From contig CAJUDM010000027.1 of the NCBI GenBank assembly GCA_910584915.1, positions 37,359 through 69,358 on the forward strand: DNA of 32,000 bases. Reading direction: 5' to 3'. Below, piece by piece: positions 24,900 to 32,000 of the stretch. Within the stretch, counting starts at the first letter, position 1. Each line of letters begins with the position of its first letter. A program made the position numbers and the translations under genes. The notes under the pieces were generated by a model. It saw only the letters and a program-made list of their open reading frames with translations. It ran no database searches and was not told the DNA's origin. This DNA comes from an uncultured Lachnospiraceae bacterium. Its GTDB lineage: Bacteria > Bacillota > Clostridia > Lachnospirales > Lachnospiraceae.

Positions 24900-25742
24900 C
24901 TATTTGTCAAGCAAATACTGATAAATTTCTCGTTTACCGACACCTCTGTCCTTCGCGACCGCTTTCATCGCCTCTTTTCGCTCCATACCGGCATCTTCAT
25001 ACTGTTTCATATGCTCTTCGATGCTGAGTTCCAAAAAGTTCTCCCTCTTCTCCTGTCTTCTCTTTAAGAGGCTTTTTCCCTCTATGACAAGAACATATTC
25101 ACCGCGGGGCTCCTCCCCCTCATAAAAGGCGAGCGCTCCTTCCAATGTCATCGGCATCACGGTCTCAAACTTTTTGGTCAGCTCCCTGCAGATCGTGATA
25201 TTCCTGTCTCCAAGCGCCTCATACAACTCCTTCAGCGTCCTCACCAGATGATGCGGCGCCTCATACAGGACCATCGTTCTTGTCTCCTCCTTCAATAACT
25301 CCAATATTTCCGCCTTTTCCTTTTTCTCAGACGGTAAAAAGCCCTCAAAACAAAAACGCCGTGTGGAGAGCCCGGACAAAGTCAGCGCCGTGATACAGGC
25401 TGCCGGTCCCGGCAGGGAAGTCACTGTGATCCCCTCCTTCTGGCACAGTTTAACAAGCACCTCCCCCGGATCGGAGATTGCCGGTGTTCCGGCGTCCGTG
25501 ATCAGCGCAACGTTCAGCCCCTCCCTCATCTTCTGCACCAGTATCTGTGCCTTCTCCACTTTATTATATTCGTGGTAGCTTGTCATAGATGTCTTGATTC
25601 CGAAATGATTTAACAGTTTAATACTGTTTCTCGTGTCCTCCGCCGCGATCAGATCAACTGACGCCAACGTTTCTATCACACGCGGCGTCATATCCTTCAG
25701 ATTTCCTATTGGGGTAGCACACAGATATAATTTCCCGAGCAT
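24900..25742 (-). CDS. rsmI: 16S rRNA (cytidine1402-2'-O)-methyltransferase
   Basis: 280 aa. GKLYLCATPIGNLKDMTPRVIETLASVDLIAAEDTR is the typical RsmI/YabC N-terminus, and the syntenic position fits. Confidence 0.9.
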   Translation of the reverse strand: MLGKLYLCATPIGNLKDMTPRVIETLASVDLIAAEDTRNSIKLLNHFGIKTSMTSYHEYNKVEKAQILVQKMREGLNVALITDAGTPAISDPGEVLVKLCQKEGITVTSLPGPAACITALTLSGLSTRRFCFEGFLPSEKKEKAEILELLKEETRTMVLYEAPHHLVRTLKELYEALGDRNITICRELTKKFETVMPMTLEGALAFYEGEEPRGEYVLVIEGKSLLKRRQEKRENFLELSIEEHMKQYEDAGMERKEAMKAVAKDRGVGKREIYQYLLDK

Positions 25743-25784
25743 ATACTGTATCCTTCCTGTTATATCAATCCCTCAACCGGAGTA

Positions 25785-26528
25785 CTAATAACCATAGATC
25801 TCAGAAATCTCCGGCATATAAACACCCGGACTCTCATAAACGATCAGCGGTTTCTCCACTCTCATCCGCGGTCTTCCTCCGCGGACTGCCTCGATCAGTA
25901 CCATGTTCGGTTCCTTATCCACATACGGATACACAATCTGCATCCGTTTCGGCTGAAGCCTGCTCTCAGTCAGCGTCACAAGTATCTCGGAGAGTCGGAA
26001 AGGCCTGTGGACCAGATAAAAGTGTCCTCCCGGCTTGAGCAGTTTTGCCGACATCACCGCGATGTCACGAAAAGTACAGCAGACCTCATGCCTGGCAATG
26101 GCTTTCGACATATCCGAGTTCCGCAGGCCGTGCTGTTCGATCATATAGGGCGGATTACAGGTTATCACATCAAAAGAGGCCGCCCCGAACAACCTGTCAG
26201 CCTCCCTGATATCTCCTGTCACGATCTTAATCTTCTCACCCAGCCTGTTCAACTCCACACTGCGCGCCGCCATGTCAGCGCTTTCCGGCTGTATCTCAAG
26301 CCCCCAGAGATGCGGAATACCGGTTCTCGCCTCCATCAAAAGCGGCAGGATCCCCGTTCCCGTGCCGATATCCAAAAGGCGCTCACCCCTTGCCCCGGCG
26401 GCAAAGCCGGCAAGAAGCACAGCATCCATCCCGAAACAGAATCGCTCCGGATCCTGAATGATGCGATAGCCGTTTCTCTGCAGGTCATCCACCCGCTCCC
26501 CCGGCCTGATCAGTCCACTTTCCTCCAT
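25785..26528 (-). CDS. tRNA (adenine-N6)-methyltransferase, YabB/TrmN6-like
   Basis: 247 aa with the SAM motif LLDIGTGTGILPL and the N6-MTase motif TCNPPYM. It occupies the yabB position between ricT and rsmI. Confidence 0.8.
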   Translation of the reverse strand: MEESGLIRPGERVDDLQRNGYRIIQDPERFCFGMDAVLLAGFAAGARGERLLDIGTGTGILPLLMEARTGIPHLWGLEIQPESADMAARSVELNRLGEKIKIVTGDIREADRLFGAASFDVITCNPPYMIEQHGLRNSDMSKAIARHEVCCTFRDIAVMSAKLLKPGGHFYLVHRPFRLSEILVTLTESRLQPKRMQIVYPYVDKEPNMVLIEAVRGGRPRMRVEKPLIVYESPGVYMPEISEIYGY

Positions 26529-26602
26529 AAAACTTCCCCGTCCGCAAATATCTTATGCGTCTGATATTTATCCTGTCCTTCATATTTCATCCGCGTACTC
26601 TG

Positions 26603-27523
26603 CTATTCATCCAGCCCGGACAGTTTTTCCTTTTTTTCTTTCTTCTCCAGTTTCTCCAGCTCTTTCAGCTCTTTCAACTCCTCTGAGGATGTATGTTCCT
26701 TCCGGTTTTTATGCCGTCTCTTAAAACGCAGCTGCTCCACTCTGTACTCTTTCAGTTCTTTCTCATCATTGACTTCCACAAGTACCTTCACCAGCTGGCG
26801 CAGTATGTTGACGCTCTGCACCTCTCCCTTCAGGCCGTCTTCCGTTGTAACATAATCACCCACACCCGGCAGTTTGCGGTTCAATTCCTCGTAAATGTTC
26901 TCCTCATTGTTCAGACAACACATCAGCCTTCCGCAGACACCTGAGATCTTCGTCGGATTTAACGACAGATTCTGCTCCTTCGCCATCTTGATGGAGACCG
27001 GCGCAAACTCGGACAAATACGTATGGCAGCACAGCGGCCTGCCGCAGATCCCGATGCCGCCGACGATCTTTGTCTCATCCCTGACGCCGATCTGCCGCAG
27101 TTCTATCCTTGTCTTAAAGATTGCTGCCAGATCCTTCACCAGTTCCCTGAAATCGATCCTTCCGTCCGCCGTGAAGTAAAACAATACCTTGTTATTGTCA
27201 AACGTATATTCCGCATCGATCAGCTTCATCTCGAGTTTATGCTTCTTTATTTTGTCCAGACAGATCTGAAAGGCTTCCTTTTCCTTCTTCCTGTTGGACG
27301 CCTCCTGTTCCATATCTTTCTCCGTCGCCAGCCTCAGCACAGGTTTCAGCGGCTGAACCACTTTCACATCCTCCACCTCTTTCGGCGGCATCACCACCGT
27401 GCCGAATTCAATCCCTCTGGCGGTCTCCACGATCACATGGTCATTTCTTTTTATCTCAAACCCCAGAGGGGCAAAATAATATATCTTGCCCGCTGTCCTG
27501 AAGCGTACACCTATTACTTTCAT
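26603..27523 (-). CDS. ricT: PSP1-domain regulatory iron-sulfur protein RicT (YaaT)
   Basis: 306 aa. MKVIGVRFRTAGKIYYFAPLGFEIKRNDHVIVETARGIEFGTVV closely mirrors the YaaT N-terminus. A Cys cluster (CGRPLCC...CGRLMCC) is present. It sits downstream of holB as in Bacillus. Confidence 0.85.
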   Translation of the reverse strand: MKVIGVRFRTAGKIYYFAPLGFEIKRNDHVIVETARGIEFGTVVMPPKEVEDVKVVQPLKPVLRLATEKDMEQEASNRKKEKEAFQICLDKIKKHKLEMKLIDAEYTFDNNKVLFYFTADGRIDFRELVKDLAAIFKTRIELRQIGVRDETKIVGGIGICGRPLCCHTYLSEFAPVSIKMAKEQNLSLNPTKISGVCGRLMCCLNNEENIYEELNRKLPGVGDYVTTEDGLKGEVQSVNILRQLVKVLVEVNDEKELKEYRVEQLRFKRRHKNRKEHTSSEELKELKELEKLEKKEKKEKLSGLDE

Positions 27524-27572
27524 CTATAACCTCTCATTCCGCAGCCCTGATCACTCTCCTGATACCCTGATC

Positions 27573-28568
27573 CTAATTCTCCTGGATCGTGATAAACAAA
27601 AGTTCCATGACCAGTTCAAAACTTACATTGGCGCGCAGCCTGCTCTTTGCGTTATCCAATGCCTTCAATATATTCTCAATTCCTTCATAGGCGCTCTTAT
27701 CAGCCGCCTTTCTAATATACTGTATTTCCTCCCTGAAAATCAAGTGATTTGCGTCATTTGTAGCCTTAAATAACAGCACATCCCTGTACCAGATGGAAAG
27801 CACATCCAGATACTCGTTGATATCAATGTGGTATTCACTGATCCGCTTCACAGCCGCCATCACTTCATGAAGCTCCATCCCCCGTATATTCTTGACGAGG
27901 CTCAGCGCTTCATTCCTTATATTTTCAAATTCTTCACTGGAGGCAAGCTGTTTTGCCTGTCCGATATTGCCTCTCGCAAAAGCGACACATATGTCAGCTT
28001 TATAGTCAGGCACCATCAGTTCCTTTTTTAGGTACTCCTTTACCAGTTCATCCCGCACCGGTTTCATGTTCAGCACCACACAGCGGCTCTGAATAGTCGG
28101 CAAAAGTTCCTCCAGATTCGTCGTGAGGATAAGCAGCACCGCATATGCCGGCGGCTCCTCCAACGTCTTTAACAGGGCATTCTGCGCCTGAGGCGTCATT
28201 TTCTCACCCTCACTTATGATATATATCTTGTAGGGGCTGCTGTAAGGCTTGATCGCAATATCACCGTTGATCTGGCTCCGCACATCCTCCACGCCGATGG
28301 AATTCGGTTTTTCGTGTCCGACATATATGATATCGGGCTGGTTTCCGGTCTGAGCTTGTTTACAGGAACGACATTCCCCGCATGGCTCCACTCCCTGTTT
28401 TTCACACTGTAGCGTTGCCGCAAAAACTTTTGCTATAAATTCCTTTCCGGAAAAACGCTCTCCCTGAATAATATAGGCATGGGCAACCTTCTTTTGTGTG
28501 ATTGCATTTTCCAGATATTCTTTAATATGCTCCTGTCCGATAATATCTTTAAAACTACGCATTCTCAT
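27573..28568 (-). CDS. holB: DNA polymerase III subunit delta'
   Basis: The opening reads IIGQEHIKEYLENAI..AHAYIIQG. It has the zinc module CGECRSCKQ and an AAA+ clamp-loader layout. The track start at 28571 is a GTG; ATG 28568 follows GGAAGGG. Confidence 0.85.
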   Translation of the reverse strand: MRMRSFKDIIGQEHIKEYLENAITQKKVAHAYIIQGERFSGKEFIAKVFAATLQCEKQGVEPCGECRSCKQAQTGNQPDIIYVGHEKPNSIGVEDVRSQINGDIAIKPYSSPYKIYIISEGEKMTPQAQNALLKTLEEPPAYAVLLILTTNLEELLPTIQSRCVVLNMKPVRDELVKEYLKKELMVPDYKADICVAFARGNIGQAKQLASSEEFENIRNEALSLVKNIRGMELHEVMAAVKRISEYHIDINEYLDVLSIWYRDVLLFKATNDANHLIFREEIQYIRKAADKSAYEGIENILKALDNAKSRLRANVSFELVMELLFITIQEN

Positions 28569-28594
28569 CACCGCCCTTCCATCCCGGTTCCGTA

Positions 28595-29035
28595 TCAGGT
28601 AAAAATATCCAACAACAACCCTTCTATTTCTCCGATCTTGCTGAGGATAAGAAGGTTGTCCTTCTCATCCTTCATCAATTCCTGTGCCAGTTCATCCAGA
28701 TTCTGGTCGATCAGCCTGATGATACCATATACCCGGTGCCTTCCCTTTCTGTCCAGAAAATTCTCTCTGGAAAAATGATGGGAACGACTCACGATCTCGT
28801 TCATAAAATCCTTGATCAGCCCCCGATAGCGCTTCATATCTCTCACATCCCGGCGTTTTCCGAGACGCTTGCCCTGCATCGTGATCTCTTCCATCAAGAC
28901 CGTCAGCCTTGCCTGCAGTTCCTGCTCCTCCACACGGCTCGCCAGTGTAAATTTAAATGTACCGTCCGCCTGTGTTTTTTCTGCCGTCGGCGCCACTTGT
29001 GACACTTGTGTCACTTGATTCACTTTTATATCCAA
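28595..29035 (-). CDS. yaaR: YaaR (DUF327) family protein
   Basis: The C-terminal part (...[14 protein letters not shown]...[19 protein letters not shown]...) fits DUF327 and lies in the yaaR slot upstream of holB. I place the start at TTG 29035 (GAAGGAGG 7 nt upstream), giving 146 aa. The longer track ORF (to 29119) would overlap the upstream gene. Confidence 0.7.
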   Translation of the reverse strand: MDIKVNQVTQVSQVAPTAEKTQADGTFKFTLASRVEEQELQARLTVLMEEITMQGKRLGKRRDVRDMKRYRGLIKDFMNEIVSRSHHFSRENFLDRKGRHRVYGIIRLIDQNLDELAQELMKDEKDNLLILSKIGEIEGLLLDIFT

Positions 29036-29084
29036 GATGCCGCCTCCTTCCGGTCTTTCACATCCCAATGCGCTGTAATATCTT

Positions 29085-29705
29085 TTACTTTTCCGCCTCA
29101 GCACAAGGGACCGCTGCACCGCACTTACCTTTAATATATTCTAAAATCTCCGCAAGGCACCTGTCCAGATCAATATTTATAAATCGTCTCCCGATACCCG
29201 CTGCCGCGATCTTCTCCTCGCTGAAATCCTGCACATCCGCCAGAAACCGCCTGCACATCTCCTCATACTGAGGCACATCCTGCGCCCGCTCCCGGTCCAG
29301 GGCCCTCTTAAGCCTCTCTCCGTCATCCAGATCGATAAATACCGGAATCATCCTGTCATTCCCGAAATATCTGCGGACTTTTTCGTATGATTCCAGTGTC
29401 CCTATCATCAAATAGTTTTTCCGCTCCTCAAAAATCTCGTCTCCCGCCACTGTGAAATAGCGCCACATCCCCTGCACCGTGTGGTAAGTCCGGTCCTCGA
29501 TTATCTTTCCCTCGCGCTGCAGTTTTTCAAAACCTGCCTCGTCGGTAAAATGATACTCCACACCGTCTGTCTCCCCCGCCCTGATAGGACGAGTCGTATA
29601 AAGTACAAGTGTATGAAACAAAATCTCTTTCTGCTCCAGGAGCCTTTTATAGATCGTATCCTTCCCCGATGAACTTTTCCCCATAAGGTAGACAATCTTT
29701 CCCAT
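29085..29705 (-). CDS. guanylate kinase-like P-loop NMP kinase paralogue
   Basis: 206 aa from ATG 29705, with P-loop GKSSSGKDT and the guanylate-kinase motif [17 protein letters not shown]. It occupies the position that tmk holds in B. subtilis. Confidence 0.7.
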   Translation of the reverse strand: MGKIVYLMGKSSSGKDTIYKRLLEQKEILFHTLVLYTTRPIRAGETDGVEYHFTDEAGFEKLQREGKIIEDRTYHTVQGMWRYFTVAGDEIFEERKNYLMIGTLESYEKVRRYFGNDRMIPVFIDLDDGERLKRALDRERAQDVPQYEEMCRRFLADVQDFSEEKIAAAGIGRRFINIDLDRCLAEILEYIKGKCGAAVPCAEAEK

Positions 29706-29913
29706 AATGTCCCCAATACTGCAGCAACTGTTATCTCTGTACATGGTTATTAACAGTTTATCACACTTTTGGATCGAAAAGAAGATTTATTACCGGAATT
29801 TTGCTGGAATTCTTTTGCATTTTTATGATCCTTCGCCCGACAGCGCTCTGCTCATCTCACGCCATTACACACTGAATTTCAGATTTCCTCCCCGACGAGC
29901 CATCGGCGGCATT

Positions 29914-29938
29914 CCGCATATCTCATGCGCATATGCGG
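29914..29938. other. hairpin with nested palindrome in a 283-nt non-coding gap
   Basis: CCGCATAT (29914-21) pairs with ATATGCGG (29931-38) across a 9-nt loop. The overlapping CGCATATGCG (29928-37) is itself a perfect 10-bp palindrome. Confidence 0.3.
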
Positions 29939-29988
29939 CGGATCTCAAAACCCATCTTCCCACCGGCTGTGGGCAGGCTCTGCAAATC

Positions 29989-31464
29989 TTATGAACATAC
30001 GCACACTTTCCCCTCCTCAGAGATCCCCGTAATATACTCTCCGCTCCCGTTTATCTCTCTGATGCGGGAAACAAGTTCTTCCCCTATTATTTCCCCGGGT
30101 ACGATAAACGGAATGCCCGGCGGATAAAAACAGAGGAACCCGCCGCTGATCCTCCCCGCCGCTTCCTCCGGAAAAAGCCACTCTTTTTTACACTGCATCG
30201 CTTCATATATGCTGAGTCCTGACGGTGCCGGTATCATATTATAGATATCGTCAGTTTCCCGGTTTTTCCTGACTGCTGCTCCGCCTCTTCGGAGCAGCCG
30301 CCTGTCCGTCTCCTCCAGTGCGCTCATCAGCCGCTCCACACCCTCCTCCGAGTCCATTGCGGTCAAAATACCGAGCACATAAGAAGGCGCCGCCATCTCC
30401 ATCTGCAGATGATACTGTTTCAACAGTATCCCATACAAATCCTGCCCCGACATTCCCGTGCCCTTCACGGAAATGACAAGCTTTCCGGGATCCCGCTTTT
30501 CTCCGAAAGGCATTATTCTAATGCGGGATAACGCTGCCGCCCTTTCCTCTATCTGTTTTCTGAGTTTCAGCAGCTTCCTGTACTCCTCTTTCCCCTGTCC
30601 GGCAATATAGTCTATACATTGGTCTATACTCGCCATAAGAAGATAGGACGGGCTGCTGCTCTGATATATGCCCAGATACCGTCTCAGCTTATCCCTGTCA
30701 ATGAGTTTCCCCTGCACATGCAAAAGAGCCGTCTGCGTCAGAGCAGGCAAAGTTTTATGAACACTGTTGATCACTATGTCCGCGCCGCATTCCACTGCGC
30801 TCTCCGGCGCCTCCCCCGACAGGGCAAAATGCGCTCCGTGAGCCTCATCCACGATAAGCGGAATCCCAAACGCATGCACTTCCTCCGCGATCCCGCGCAC
30901 ATCCGAGATGATCCCGTCGTAGGTTGGCGAAGTGATCGCCACACCGCAGATATCCTCTCTCCCCGCCAGATACCTCCCTACCTGTTCCGCCGTGATCTCT
31001 CCCTGGATATCAAAGCCCTCTGTCATCTGCGGCCATAGATATTCCGCCTGCAGACGATTCAAAAGCAGCCCATTGTATACAGACCTATGGCTGTTTCTCG
31101 CCACAAGAAGTTTCATCCCCTCCTCCGCCGCAGCAGAGACAGCGCTTAAAATTCCTCCGGTACTGCCATTCACCAGAAAAAAACTCTGTTCCGCATGATA
31201 GACATCCGCCGCTTTTTGTTGCAGGCCAAGCAGAAGATCCCTGGCATCATGCAGATTGTCGAACCCCTCTATCTCTGTTATATCGCACTTACAGATATCC
31301 CTCATGACCGGAGCGAAATCTCCTCCCATACATGCCTCTTCTTTCGGGCGGCACATGCGGCATGCCAGTTCATCATCTTTCGGAAATCTCTTATGGCCGG
31401 GCATATGGAATGGATAGTAGTCTGAACGACTGTAATTGATCAGTTCCTCCCACAGATGTTTCAT
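29989..31464 (-). CDS. Orn/Lys/Arg decarboxylase family PLP enzyme (YaaO-like)
   Basis: 491 aa with the N-terminal YPFHMPGHKR motif and the PLP-lysine motif NSVHKTLPALTQ. Its ATG overlaps the upstream stop (ATGA). Confidence 0.85.
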   Translation of the reverse strand: MKHLWEELINYSRSDYYPFHMPGHKRFPKDDELACRMCRPKEEACMGGDFAPVMRDICKCDITEIEGFDNLHDARDLLLGLQQKAADVYHAEQSFFLVNGSTGGILSAVSAAAEEGMKLLVARNSHRSVYNGLLLNRLQAEYLWPQMTEGFDIQGEITAEQVGRYLAGREDICGVAITSPTYDGIISDVRGIAEEVHAFGIPLIVDEAHGAHFALSGEAPESAVECGADIVINSVHKTLPALTQTALLHVQGKLIDRDKLRRYLGIYQSSSPSYLLMASIDQCIDYIAGQGKEEYRKLLKLRKQIEERAAALSRIRIMPFGEKRDPGKLVISVKGTGMSGQDLYGILLKQYHLQMEMAAPSYVLGILTAMDSEEGVERLMSALEETDRRLLRRGGAAVRKNRETDDIYNMIPAPSGLSIYEAMQCKKEWLFPEEAAGRISGGFLCFYPPGIPFIVPGEIIGEELVSRIREINGSGEYITGISEEGKVCVCS

Positions 31465-32000
31465 TTTTTCCTTCTTCTCCGATGCCCCTTTTGCAAATGT
31501 ACCGTCTCCAGAAAAGAACAGTATTTGTCAGCTGCTGTAACCACCCACGCCTCTCTGCACATGGGCGGTATGACGGTGAGCGGCCACATATGTTTTATGA
31601 TGATCTCTCTCTGCCTGTCTGTCAATTCGTATTCCTTTTCCGCGTTTTTCAATGCCCTCGCCGGATGATGAAAACCATGCAGCCTGTGTGGATTCTCCCT
31701 GTCAATATCATGCCAGTCGTAAAGAAAATAATCATGCAGCAGCGCACCCCGCACCAGATCCCTGCGGCTGTGTTCTATCCCCAGCTTATCTGAAAGCGCC
31801 ACGCTCTGACGCGCAACCTGAATGCTGTGTTCCCTTACAGATATTGTACCATGCTGCATATTATTTTTACTGCTGTCAAAGTTATCCGAGTGCAGGATAT
31901 CCCACGCATAGCGGTTTAACTCATCCTGTATTTTTTTCTGCCTTTCGAAAAACTCCCTGCGTTTTTCTTTCTTATATTTTTCCCACCAGTTTCTTAGCAT
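31461..32000 (-). CDS. HD-domain phosphohydrolase
   Basis: 179 aa with the H...HD metal motif (REHSIQVA ... ALLHDYFLYDWH). The ATG sits exactly at the window edge, so the true start could lie upstream outside the window. Confidence 0.65.
   Translation of the reverse strand: MLRNWWEKYKKEKRREFFERQKKIQDELNRYAWDILHSDNFDSSKNNMQHGTISVREHSIQVARQSVALSDKLGIEHSRRDLVRGALLHDYFLYDWHDIDRENPHRLHGFHHPARALKNAEKEYELTDRQREIIIKHMWPLTVIPPMCREAWVVTAADKYCSFLETVHLQKGHRRRRKK

Noticed and set aside
27023-27529. 168-aa plus-strand ORF
   Set aside because: It is antisense to ricT and has no signals.
28995-29027. Four tandem 9-nt units (CACTTGTGA/CACTTGTGT/CACTTGATT/CACTTTT) including a GTGACA-cttg-TGTCAC hairpin
   Set aside because: They lie inside the yaaR coding region and simply encode a short [10 protein letters not shown] repeat near the N-terminus. 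Nothing suggests an independent function.
29707-29994. 95-aa plus-strand ORF in the 283-nt gap
   Set aside because: It has no ribosome-binding site, an odd composition and no motif, and it runs antisense into the ends of both flanking genes.
1-32000. Scan for CRISPR arrays, rRNA/tRNA genes, IS elements and prophage genes
   Set aside because: I found no regularly spaced direct repeats beyond the two-copy msmX 3' module. I also found no transposase, integrase or phage hallmark proteins and no rRNA/tRNA-like sequence.

Overview
This 32-kb chromosomal segment reads like a spore-forming Clostridia (Lachnospiraceae-like) gut Firmicute. That taxonomic guess is inferred only from protein families and gene order. 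I call 27 protein-coding genes, 25 of them on the minus strand. I see no rRNA or tRNA genes, no CRISPR array, and no transposase, integrase or phage genes. The window has three blocks. (1) 245-11843 is a rhamnoside/glycan utilisation locus: GH78 alpha-L-rhamnosidase, a YesM/YesN-type histidine kinase plus AraC-fused response regulator, an ABC importer with no ATPase (binding lipoprotein + 2 permeases), and a divergent GH2 glycosidase. (2) 12016-19289 is mixed: an uncharacterised two-domain protein with a ~290-aa low-complexity spacer, a PucR-type regulator, an orphan MsmX/MsmK-type ABC ATPase, a GNAT acetyltransferase and metG. (3) 24900-32000 is a Clostridial version of the origin-proximal housekeeping cluster known from Bacillus subtilis (yaaO-tmk-yaaQ-yaaR-holB-yaaT-yabA-yabB-yazA-yabC-abrB-metS). 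Here it contains an HD protein, a PLP decarboxylase, a guanylate-kinase-like protein, yaaR, holB, ricT, a yabB-like methyltransferase and rsmI. Between rsmI and metG lies a ~5.6-kb variable insert: acpP, spmAB, DUF885, a ThuA-like protein, a membrane-anchored Mrr-type nuclease and a solo RelB/DinJ-type antitoxin. I do not see a clear-cut novel multi-gene system. The best candidates for follow-up are: (a) the solo antitoxin-like gene with a consensus promoter and palindromic operator that appears fused transcriptionally to metG; (b) the membrane-anchored Mrr nuclease / ThuA pair with palindromic control regions; (c) the two-domain protein with a disordered spacer next to PucR; (d) a modular hairpin repeat in the msmX 3' region. 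All calls were made by eye from motifs. No searches or folding computations were run.
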